The notes below the pieces were generated by a model that was not told the DNA's origin, did not search any database, and was given only the letters and a program-made list of their open reading frames with translations. Below, in pieces: positions 11,075 to 19,536 of a stretch of DNA of 64,000 nucleotides. The translations under genes and the position numbers were made by a program. This stretch comes from Barthelona sp. PCE (lineage: Eukaryota), in NCBI GenBank assembly GCA_040285745.1, contig JAUFOR010000002.1, positions 744,001 to 808,000 on the forward strand. Direction: 5' to 3'. Numbering within the stretch: position 1 is the first letter of the stretch; each line of letters begins with the position of its first letter.

Positions 11075-12205
11075 ATGCCACACTCACCATCTCCGGCACC
11101 CAATACGGAGCTTTTGTTGCCTCCTGAAGTTTTGGAGGATGATATGATGACGAGCGTAAGCCCTAAACTCACAGACAGTTTCACACGCCTGTTGAGTGAA
11201 TTCACAAGCATGCACAAGCACCACTGTGAGTCCCAGTGTAACTCATATGAGGATGAGATCAACAAACATAGCGCTGCTCTCGTTGCAATTCACGCTTTGG
11301 TCGATTATGTTGAATTTTCAGCTACGTTGTCCGATGCGGACTACATGCCCACAACATTCATGGCTCTTAAACGTTGGATGGAAGATGTTTTTGTTCAAGC
11401 TGCTCGTGTTTTATTTACTCATTCTATAATAACAGAGAACACTAGTGATCCTGAGAAGCACCGCACGCATGTTTCTTTCAGACCAGGTATCGAGTTGTTC
11501 ATTCGTTTCATCAAATTGGCGTGCGTAGTTTTGAATCCAGCTGAGCATGATCTGTTCAGTGCAAAGAAACAAGTACTAGATGCTGCACGCAAATGGTATC
11601 ACAGAGCAAGTACAGCACGCCACCGCATGGTAAAGTTTGCGAATCCATTCATCAGGGAGCACTGCAAAGTACTTGTATTTGGGTTTAGTCGTAACGTATT
11701 GGCATTAATTGCTGAAGCATCACGTCGCACAGAGTTCACAGTCGATGTTTTGGAGTGCGCTCCTTCAAGGAATGGTCACAAAATGTTTAATATGATAAAG
11801 ACTATTCCAGGAATGGAAGATAAAGTTACACTTTACCCAGACACATACATGGGAAGTATTATGCATCGTTGTGATCTAGCATTGGTTGGAGCAGAGGCTG
11901 TATTAGAAAGCGGTGGTATTTACAATCAGATCGGAACGTATCAACTGTCAATTACGGCCAATCATCTCAAGATCCCGTTATATGTATGTGTTGAATCACA
12001 TAAAATGATGAAAGAATTCCCATTGTTTCAGAGTGATGTGCCAGGGTTTAAACCAATTACGTTAGACAATGTTACCACTTTCTCCAAATATGATTATACA
12101 CCACCTGAATTAATTACTTTGTATTTCACAGATATTGGTGCAATTACACCTGCAGAGATTGATCAACAGATAATTTCATTAAGCATTGGTGAGTTAATCG
12201 AGTAA
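11075..12205 (+). CDS. EIF2B1: Translation initiation factor eIF2B alpha subunit
   Basis: 'VLVFGFSRNV', 'LVGAEAVLESGGIYNQIGTYQ', 'ESHK' and 'DYTPPELITLYFTDIG' are typical of eIF2B-alpha/GCN3. Confidence 0.85.
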   Translation: MPHSPSPAPNTELLLPPEVLEDDMMTSVSPKLTDSFTRLLSEFTSMHKHHCESQCNSYEDEINKHSAALVAIHALVDYVEFSATLSDADYMPTTFMALKRWMEDVFVQAARVLFTHSIITENTSDPEKHRTHVSFRPGIELFIRFIKLACVVLNPAEHDLFSAKKQVLDAARKWYHRASTARHRMVKFANPFIREHCKVLVFGFSRNVLALIAEASRRTEFTVDVLECAPSRNGHKMFNMIKTIPGMEDKVTLYPDTYMGSIMHRCDLALVGAEAVLESGGIYNQIGTYQLSITANHLKIPLYVCVESHKMMKEFPLFQSDVPGFKPITLDNVTTFSKYDYTPPELITLYFTDIGAITPAEIDQQIISLSIGELIE

Positions 12206-12209
12206 ACAG

Positions 12210-12764
12210 TTAGTCTTGGTTGAAAACTACACCACTCAAAATTAATGGCTCAATGTTTTTGTAAAGTTTCTCAATTTCAATTCTAATTTTTTCTCTTTTG
12301 AATTTCATTTGTGTGATTCTGAGAACGTCTATGTCTGCTCTAGGGAACCCATCAGTTGTAATTAGTTTTTCATCAATATTTGGGCAGCTTTTTTCTATTC
12401 TGGCGATTTGTTCTTCATAAGCATCGATTTTTGACATATAAAAATGAGCACGCTCTTTTTCAGGCAGCTGCATCGGATCTATTGTATCTATAGAACGCTT
12501 TTCTTCAAGAGATAGTAAAAATTCTTTGATCAAATCAAGATGATCTGGAAAATCTTCCTTTAAGTCTTCGATTTGTTCTTTAATCTCTTCTTTAATCTCA
12601 GCTGAGCGTTCACGGGCATTGATGTAAGCGTTGGTATCGATGTCAAATCTCTGAAGACCCGTATCTTCACGAAAAAGAGAAACTGTGAAAAGATCAGGGA
12701 AGTCTCTTTCAATGTTTAAAAGTTCTTCATCAAGCTTATTTAAATGATTGAACATAATTTGCAT
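12210..12764 (-). CDS. Nas2/PSMD9 N-domain protein (proteasome assembly chaperone-like); two tandem N-domains, no PDZ
   Basis: 'LITTDGFPRADIDV' is the Nas2_N signature. A degenerate copy 'LFREDTGLQRFDIDT' lies in the N-terminal half. Confidence 0.65.
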   Translation of the reverse strand: MQIMFNHLNKLDEELLNIERDFPDLFTVSLFREDTGLQRFDIDTNAYINARERSAEIKEEIKEQIEDLKEDFPDHLDLIKEFLLSLEEKRSIDTIDPMQLPEKERAHFYMSKIDAYEEQIARIEKSCPNIDEKLITTDGFPRADIDVLRITQMKFKREKIRIEIEKLYKNIEPLILSGVVFNQD

Positions 12765-12898
12765 GATTAAACAAAGAGCCCAATGTTCGGATTAGGAGTA
12801 AAAAAATATAGCATTGTATTCTTCCCCAAATTTATTGATTTCAATAATGAAAGAAAAGGAGTCCGATCCAATAGGACACCTAACCACAGAAAGTGTAC

Positions 12899-13750
12899 TT
12901 AGAGCATACGGGCAAGGAACTCGTTGATGTGCTCCTCACGGTTACCGTATTGACCACCTTCAATGAAGTGACGACGCTTCTCAGGGTAACCACCACGAGG
13001 GGGGTTAAGCTTGAAAGGGAAGAAGAAACGGTTGACTTCCTTGAAGTTGGGACCACAGGTAACAATCTCGTGAACCAAATCCTCCATACAGATGATGTCG
13101 AGGTGACCAAGGTTATCCTCGATGATCTTGTTGGAAGTAATGGGAAGACGTTGCTTGTTGATCTTGGCGTAACCACGCTTGTAGATCAAATCACGGACAG
13201 TCTTAAGGGTGGGGTAACCGTAGGCAATGTAAGGCTCGACAAGACGAAGCATGGTCTGAGTAGCCTTGTTAAGCTTGACGAAAACGGCGTTGTGAATCTG
13301 ACGAAGGCGGAAGAGCTGAAGGATCTTACGGGTGTTGGAACAAACAGCGTTGATACCACGAATACGGATAACTAAAGCAACCTTGGCTTCCTCAGGAACG
13401 TAGAAGTTACCAGACTTCTTGGCTTCTCTCTGAATGCGAGCAACATCCTGCTCCTTTTGACGGTATTGCTTAGCGTAAGCCTCGGCACGCTTGACCATCT
13501 TGTCACGGAGGGAACGACGGTAAGCAATCTCTTGCTTGTTATCAGCTTGCTTCTGACGACGAAGGTCTTCGACAACACGTCTGCGCTTAAGGAGAGTCTC
13601 GGGTCCAGTCCTAAGAATTAGTGAAATAGTGTTTTTGGGACACTGAAAAAAAAAAAAACGATACACAACTCTTTATACCGTTTGTTTATGTTCACAATAT
13701 GTACAATGTAGTACAAATGTGCTTATCTAGGTGCCATAAATGACATACAT
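12899..13750 (-). CDS. RPL7: 60S ribosomal protein L7 (uL30); exons 13750-13749 (AT) + 13610-12899
   Basis: 'PETLLKRR', 'FYVPEEAKVALVIRIRGIN', 'LQLFRLRQIHNAVF', 'VEPYIAYGYP' and 'GNREEHIN', with strong ribosomal-protein codon bias. Splicing gives ATG ACT GGA CCC GAG (MTGPETLL). The listed ORF start at 13666 lies in the intron. Confidence 0.93.
13611..13748 (-). other. Spliceosomal intron (138 nt) interrupting the RPL7 start codon
   Basis: AT|GTATGT...CACTAATTCTTAG|G; removal restores an in-frame ATG. Confidence 0.8.
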
Positions 13751-13797
13751 TTTGTTTAGGAATATATATTGGAAAGAAGGAGCTTGTAAAGGTTTTT

Positions 13798-13999
13798 TAC
13801 TTTGTGAGGGTGTTAATGTGCTGATATACATGTTAATTTAGCCCTTATAACAGTATAAAGTTTCTACCAGATCATTTTACCATAAAAGAACAACTGCAGG
13901 TTCTTTATGTTTCCTATAGCTCTGGTATTTCTTTAGCGTATAGAATATGTATTTATGTGTCTATTAGTAAAGTTATGAGCCTAATTATATTCTACAGAA
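13798..13999 (+). ncRNA. Candidate structured ncRNA: three hairpins with H/ACA-like boxes
   Basis: Stems TTGTGAGGG/CCCTTATAA + TTAATGTG/CATGTTAA; TACCAGA/TCTGGTA + CATAAAAGAAC/GTTCTTTATG; TAGAATATG/TATATTCTA. G-U pairs favour the + strand. ANANNA (ACAGTA) at 13850-13855 and ACA at 13994-13996. Confidence 0.35.
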
Positions 14000-14129
14000 T
14001 GGGTTAGTGTTTATAGCAAAAAAAATTTCAGTCAACCAGTTTTAAACTCTGTTATATGGAGGGAAATGATATAAAGCAAACAGATAGGCCATTAAAAAAA
14101 ACCAAGTCACCTCTGATAGCACAAAACCT

Positions 14130-14164
14130 CTAAGAGTTAAATAAAAGCAACATAATTTACTTAC
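14130..14164 (-). other. Putative 35-nt spliceosomal intron downstream of the MORN5 stop (host transcript unclear)
   Basis: CAG|GTAAGT...TTTAACTCTTAG|, matching the branch/acceptor spacing of the other introns in the window. Confidence 0.5.
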
Positions 14165-14221
14165 CTGTGTTGCACATAGCTCCTATCCAACACTAAAGCA
14201 CAAAATATACAATATACACCA

Positions 14222-14698
14222 CTATTTCCTATCCTTAATTTGTGAAATTTCAGACAGCCTAAACTTCATAGTAGCCTGCAATGGATGATCCTCCGGCAGC
14301 ACACCGTCATTTGTCAGCACGGGGCCATTGTGATTAGTATCAACTGTTTCGTTAATCTCAGAACAGAATTTGTTATCCATTCCATGTGATAGATAATCCC
14401 ATCCTTCTTCTTTATATGACAGATCATCCTCAAACACGAACTGCTTCTCAATTACTTGACCATACTCCCATCTTCCGATTATCCTTCCTCGATTTGGAAA
14501 AGTGATTTCTCCCGGGCCATGGAATACACCATCAACCATGGCTCCTACGTAGTATGAACCATTGGAAAACGTGAATTTGAACTGTCCATTGGGTAATTCT
14601 TCAATATTTGACTCGGAAATTGAAGATCCAATGACTTTCATTCCTTTCTGCTGCACCCGAAGCCCTGTTCCCGGTTCTGGCGATTCTGAAGGCTGCAT
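14222..14698 (-). CDS. MORN5: MORN repeat-containing protein 5-like
   Basis: 'YYVGAMVDGVFHGPGEITFPN...FVFEDDLSYKEEGWDY...KFCSEI' parallels the MORN5 architecture. Confidence 0.75.
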   Translation of the reverse strand: MQPSESPEPGTGLRVQQKGMKVIGSSISESNIEELPNGQFKFTFSNGSYYVGAMVDGVFHGPGEITFPNRGRIIGRWEYGQVIEKQFVFEDDLSYKEEGWDYLSHGMDNKFCSEINETVDTNHNGPVLTNDGVLPEDHPLQATMKFRLSEISQIKDRK

Positions 14699-14901
14699 CT
14701 AAGCGTTTTGTGTGTGAAAGAGATGCAAATTGTTAAAACGTACTCTTCTTTTATCAGGCTATCTAATAATCTGCATTGTGGAGTTTAATTGCGACATATT
14801 CCTCATTATGAGGGTGTATAGAAGTTTCACATTTTTTTTTTTGCGTTTTTTTTCTTTCACTTTTTTACTATTTTACAGGTTTTTAAAGATTTTTTTGAAA
14901 A

Positions 14902-16974
14902 ATGCCAAGATTGCGTAATGAGGGGATTGTTCTTGTTAATGTTGGTGATGAGGAGGCAATATTAGATTTTTCGGCATTGGGAATATCGGTACAAACATAT
15001 GATGCCCAAAAGATATATCAATTTTCGACAGTAGACGATATATGTGACATGATTATGAGCAGTGATCGTAAAGAAATAATTGCAGATATTGAATTTATTG
15101 ATAACGCTCATTGCAGATATTCTAATTTACATTACTGCTCTCAAGTCACATGGGAAAGTGGAAATCATTACAGTGTTCCATTTTTTGAAGTTAATGATGA
15201 AGGTGCTAACATAGTACATGATATTTCTTATGTTGCTAATATTCCTGGTTTTGAAGATGAAGTATCAGTGGATTTTATCACACCTACATGCATCGTAGCG
15301 TATACATTTGAAAGATCAAAGTATGTGTTGTGTAACTATGACAAGAGCAATAATGTGTTTATTGCAATGATGGAAATTGAGGGCAGGATATTAGGTCGAG
15401 TTGGAAATATGATATATGCATGCGCGGCTGAGAAACTGACTGCGTATGCATTTTCTGATGATGGGATCGATTCAAATATGATTGAAGTAACTAGTGAGAT
15501 TTTTGAAGTTTGTTATTTTTTTTCATATGACATCATTTCCCAAAGTGTTTTATTGTACTATGCTGACGAAGACGACGGTGGCATGTACGAATTCAAAGTA
15601 TATTTTGAAGCAGAAGAAGGCACTGATACGTTTGATATATTGGGACATTTTCCAGTTTTAAGGGGTTGTTTTAAATCTACCATTGTTAAATTTAGTTTCT
15701 GGTACATGTCATTGAGTCGAAAAGAACTGGTATTCACATGCTGTGCGAATGACTCTCATAAATTCCTGGTGGTTGTTCGGGACAATGATGTTCAAACGCA
15801 TGTATTTGGCGATGAACATGCATCTAATACAAGAAGAACAGCGTTTTCACACGAATTTAATAATTTACATTTTCTAACAAAGCAGTTCACTGGTTTAGAG
15901 AAGAAATTATACATTCGTCCTGTTTTTTACAGAGCAAGGGATATACATTTCATGATACCGACTCTCAAAAATTGTTGGTCATGCACCATGCCAACTGCTA
16001 TCGCAATGAGTTCAATTACACATATAGTGCTAATGTCATTTGATCAAGAGGCTGTACTTTACGCTGAGTTTCATAAGTGTGCTGTTGATGAATGCTACCC
16101 AGAAATTACAGAGAGTGCAGTTGAAAGTTTACATGATGATGTTTTTGCCGTAGGTATGACTCAAAAAGAAGAGAATATAGATTTTGTAACTCTTTACAAC
16201 ATTTCAGATGTACTTTCTGAAGTTAAGCCAATGTATCAGATATATTTGAATATTATGATACGAGTCTTGTACGCCTCAAAAGATTATTTTTTCTTCAGTT
16301 TTTTGGGACATAATTCTCTTGATTTATACAGATATAACGTTGTGGATGAAAACTTCATCAAAATTTATGCAACAGAAGAGCATGATTTATGTCGTTGGGA
16401 TATAATTTATGCCACTGAAACATTTGTTAATTTTTCTTGCGAGTATCAAACGGTATTTTTGCGTTTTGAGAACAATCAATGGGTGTCAACCATATACGAC
16501 GGGTGTGCCGCAGTCAATCATTACAGGGAGGACGCCAATATGAAAATATTTGACGACTCCATAGTTTTTGGGAATGTAGTTTATGGTTTGAGTGAAGAAG
16601 AGTATTTTCATCTATTCTTATCACCAAGCCTTGCTTTATTGAACACTGCAATTGTTTTTGTAACGAGTGACTCAGTCGAACACATATATAGATTTGAACA
16701 ACCAGTATTGCACGCTGATTTTTCATATGCTGATGGCATTCTCACGATTTTTAGCATTATAGATGATGAAAGAAGTTTTGTTCAAAAGAAATTTTTCATT
16801 GATTTGGATGTAATAGATTCAGTTGAAGAGAGAATATTTCAGCCAGATTATTTTTCCAAGTGTACATTTATTAATACTCCTAATTTTGTTAATTTCAATT
16901 ATAATCCTCCCAAGGTCATAAACATATCTGATTTCTTTCCCGATTTGGACCAATTTATGAATGAAGCATTCTAA
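14902..16974 (+). CDS. Hypothetical protein, beta-rich and aromatic/Cys-rich ('MPR' orphan family)
   Basis: 690-aa AT-rich ORF starting MPRL; no recognised domain. Confidence 0.7.
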   Translation: MPRLRNEGIVLVNVGDEEAILDFSALGISVQTYDAQKIYQFSTVDDICDMIMSSDRKEIIADIEFIDNAHCRYSNLHYCSQVTWESGNHYSVPFFEVNDEGANIVHDISYVANIPGFEDEVSVDFITPTCIVAYTFERSKYVLCNYDKSNNVFIAMMEIEGRILGRVGNMIYACAAEKLTAYAFSDDGIDSNMIEVTSEIFEVCYFFSYDIISQSVLLYYADEDDGGMYEFKVYFEAEEGTDTFDILGHFPVLRGCFKSTIVKFSFWYMSLSRKELVFTCCANDSHKFLVVVRDNDVQTHVFGDEHASNTRRTAFSHEFNNLHFLTKQFTGLEKKLYIRPVFYRARDIHFMIPTLKNCWSCTMPTAIAMSSITHIVLMSFDQEAVLYAEFHKCAVDECYPEITESAVESLHDDVFAVGMTQKEENIDFVTLYNISDVLSEVKPMYQIYLNIMIRVLYASKDYFFFSFLGHNSLDLYRYNVVDENFIKIYATEEHDLCRWDIIYATETFVNFSCEYQTVFLRFENNQWVSTIYDGCAAVNHYREDANMKIFDDSIVFGNVVYGLSEEEYFHLFLSPSLALLNTAIVFVTSDSVEHIYRFEQPVLHADFSYADGILTIFSIIDDERSFVQKKFFIDLDVIDSVEERIFQPDYFSKCTFINTPNFVNFNYNPPKVINISDFFPDLDQFMNEAF

Positions 16975-17135
16975 TTTTTGTGGATCACAAAAATTTTTTT
17001 AGATTGACAGAAATAAAAGCAAAAAAGCCCATTTGAAAGCGGATGCAAAGCTTTCCATTAAATGATATATGACCCAAAATCAAGCAATGATGATTAACCA
17101 CCAAAAAGCAATTTCTAGTTTAAATTCAGCAGCTA

Positions 17136-17445
17136 ACTCACCCTTTGCCTTGTCACGCGAGGAGAAGGGTTTGAGTATTGTATAATATGTTGTTGATTAT
17201 TACATTTACGATTATGAGTTGTCAAAATTGTATCATGCGTGTGTGAACATACATATAATTGCCGTCGGGTACAGGTCTACTGTAGGTAAAATGTGAAAGT
17301 TTAACAAATAAAGAGGAAAAAGGTAAAAACATCTTATAAAAGGTCTCTGGATGAATTACATTCTCTGTAGGATGTGTACCAGTGACAGAGATCTTTTTGT
17401 TGTGACCCATTGGTGGTTATGATAAGGAATGTCTCCTTTAACTTA
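17136..17445 (+). ncRNA. Candidate structured ncRNA containing a K-turn hairpin
   Basis: Hairpins at 17136-17176, 17259-17289, 17338-17397 (12-bp stem + GAT bulge + tandem G.A) and 17397-17425. G-U pairs indicate the + strand. Confidence 0.4.
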
Positions 17446-17476
17446 TCTTACTCCTTTAAGTTCTTTAAATACTCAG

Positions 17477-17788
17477 ATGAAACACGTTGCAGCATACATG
17501 CTCAGTTCTATGGCTGGTTCCCCTTCTGAGGAGAAGGTCCGCACCATTCTTGGTGCTGTTGATGCCTCTATCGACACACAAGTTCTTACCATGGTCATGG
17601 AGAAGCTCTCTGGAAAGGACATCGAGGAAGCTATCACTGCCGGTCACGAATTACTTGCCAAGGTTGGTGGTTCTGCTCCCGCTGCTGGACCCGCTGTTGT
17701 TGTCGAGGATGCCGTCGTTGAGGAATCCGAGCCCGAGCCTGAGTCCGAGTCTGAGGAGGAGGACTTCGGTTTCGATCTCTTCGGTTAA
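17477..17788 (+). CDS. RPLP2: 60S acidic ribosomal protein P2
   Basis: 'MKHVAAYML', 'LSGKDIEEAITAG', an Ala-rich hinge and C-terminal 'EEEDFGFDLFG'. The true start is ATG 17477. Confidence 0.93.
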   Translation: MKHVAAYMLSSMAGSPSEEKVRTILGAVDASIDTQVLTMVMEKLSGKDIEEAITAGHELLAKVGGSAPAAGPAVVVEDAVVEESEPEPESESEEEDFGFDLFG

Positions 17789-18054
17789 GCTGCATAGAAT
17801 TCTATTTGCTTAATAAACGGAATTTTCCATTTTTTTGTTTTCCATTGCTATAACTGGTATCCACGAACCATTCACAACTATGCACAGTGTTTTATTTTTC
17901 AGAAATAAAGAAAAGTTTCTGAAAATTTTTTTATCAGTTCTATAGTAATATGTAATTTACAGACTGTTCACTGTGTGATCCATTCTTTGAAACCCTCGTT
18001 CAAGCCGTTAAATACATCAAACTTATGTTTTACAAACTAAAAACTAGAATCACA

Positions 18055-19440
18055 TTATTCAAGCCAGTGCATGAGGTGGTTTCGTTCACAAGAATAATAC
18101 AGTGGAGGAAGCATATCCGGTCCCTGTAAAACAGCTAAACCATCGTAAGTCTTGATATGTTCATGTGTATCAGTAACCATAGCAAGAGCCAATGCATAGT
18201 GCATGATAGTGTGAGGCTGCATAGTTGCCCCATACTTACTGATGACCATATCGAAAGCGTTGATACCTCTTGCAAATAAATTTTGTCTTCTATTATCAAA
18301 TTTTTGAATTGTTAAATATTTTAATTTTGGATTTTTAATATTATCTAGTGGGAATATGAGGTCGAAAAGACACTTTTTATAACCAGATTGTCTCATATTA
18401 TATAAAAATGTCAATTTGAAAGATTCTTCATTAACACTGTGCTCAACCAAAGAAAATTCAATTTCATCCATCATAAATCCTTTAGAAAAAATCTGTCTGA
18501 ACTCATTAGGGCGTAAAACACCAGAATTTTTCTCAACAACAGCAATGAATTGTATTAGATTGATTCTCAACTCCAGCTGTTTCAAAACATCCGAAATTGA
18601 AAAGGAGCAATGTTGCCCGAACTTTGTTAGTTCAGTGAGCCAGTTATATGCCTTGTATCGCTTATCCACGAATCCAATATGTTGATCGCGAATGATAATG
18701 GAATGTAGTGGCAGTTTCATATCAACCAAACACTGGAATTCAACACCCTTACTAAGGAAAGGATCGGGCTTTGCTTCTTGAATGAACAGACTAATATTCT
18801 TTCCTTCAATGATTAATATCTTATCTTTCGTCACTGATGTCATGTAACTCTTATTATGGCCTAAAGAAAGAAAGATATTCTGTAATGCAAAAGGTAGCGT
18901 CTCGTATCCCCTAGGTGTTCTCTCAGGTGCCACGTTTAATTTATCATTATATTCAGCTAATCTTGTACAATGACCAACAATTTGTTTGTTTGATGCGTTA
19001 ATTTGTTTTAATTCAGTATTCTTTTCATCAAGAATCGACTTACGATCCTTGTATCGGTCCATCTCACCCTTTATCACATTTAATCTTTGTTTCTTCATCA
19101 TCATTTCATCAAGATCAACGGGTTCAGCCTTTGAATTAGTCTTAATTCTTGTGAGTTGTCTTTGAAGAGTCTCAAAGTTGCAGCTGAAATTCTTACGACG
19201 GTTACGAAGACTGATAAGCTTCTGTTGAAGATCAAACTCATATTCAGAAAGCTCAACAATGTCTCGGAGAACAAGAGAACGCGGAGTTAAAAGGTCAGAC
19301 AATATCGCCTGTGATTCCATTAAAAGGTCTGGATAGTTTGAGAAATCATCATTACATGTATTTTCATTAAGAAAAGAACTTAAAGTTTCTTTAATACCCG
19401 AAATATGCTCCCCCGTGGGGCTTTCTTCAACTCCCTCCAT
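18055..19440 (-). CDS. THO complex subunit 5 (THOC5/FMIP)-like, divergent
   Basis: Coiled-coil N-half, then 'TLPFALQNIF', 'AYNWLTEL' and C-terminal 'LQGPDMLPPLYY', resembling THOC5 'LPPPLY..F', 'PYLWVQKL' and 'FRGPSRMKPFKY'. ATG 19440 is preceded by TTTCAC. Confidence 0.5.
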   Translation of the reverse strand: MEGVEESPTGEHISGIKETLSSFLNENTCNDDFSNYPDLLMESQAILSDLLTPRSLVLRDIVELSEYEFDLQQKLISLRNRRKNFSCNFETLQRQLTRIKTNSKAEPVDLDEMMMKKQRLNVIKGEMDRYKDRKSILDEKNTELKQINASNKQIVGHCTRLAEYNDKLNVAPERTPRGYETLPFALQNIFLSLGHNKSYMTSVTKDKILIIEGKNISLFIQEAKPDPFLSKGVEFQCLVDMKLPLHSIIIRDQHIGFVDKRYKAYNWLTELTKFGQHCSFSISDVLKQLELRINLIQFIAVVEKNSGVLRPNEFRQIFSKGFMMDEIEFSLVEHSVNEESFKLTFLYNMRQSGYKKCLFDLIFPLDNIKNPKLKYLTIQKFDNRRQNLFARGINAFDMVISKYGATMQPHTIMHYALALAMVTDTHEHIKTYDGLAVLQGPDMLPPLYYSCERNHLMHWLE

Positions 19441-19536
19441 CTCACAGTTGTAAAATAACTGAAAAAAACGTGTAATTGTGAAAAACACCTTCTTTCTTTG
19501 CATCTTGCCTTTTTGTGTTTTAACACCAAAATTCAC

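Noticed and set aside
12893..13375. Antisense and alternate-frame ORFs over RPL7, RPL3, P2 and other genes
   Set aside because: These are shadow ORFs arising from codon bias in real genes and have no independent features.
14100..14180. Intron-containing U6 snRNA (splicing the orphan intron creates ACAG|AG, and a T8 run follows)
   Set aside because: The AGC catalytic triad is absent (TGC at that spacing), there is no convincing internal stem-loop, and the 3' part is too short.
17240..17260. U1 snRNA 5' end (ACATAC) or a minus-strand AT|GTATGT donor
   Set aside because: No U1-70K loop or U1 fold downstream, and no matching branch/acceptor or ORF on the minus strand.
17338..17397. SECIS element (ATGA...GA core in a hairpin)
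   Set aside because: There are no apical AA residues, and the upstream + strand gene ends in TAA with no in-frame TGA. A generic K-turn fits better.
17896..17925. Inverted repeat TTTTCAGAAA/TTTCTGAAAA as a terminator or element end
   Set aside because: Short and AT-rich, plausible by chance, with no associated element.
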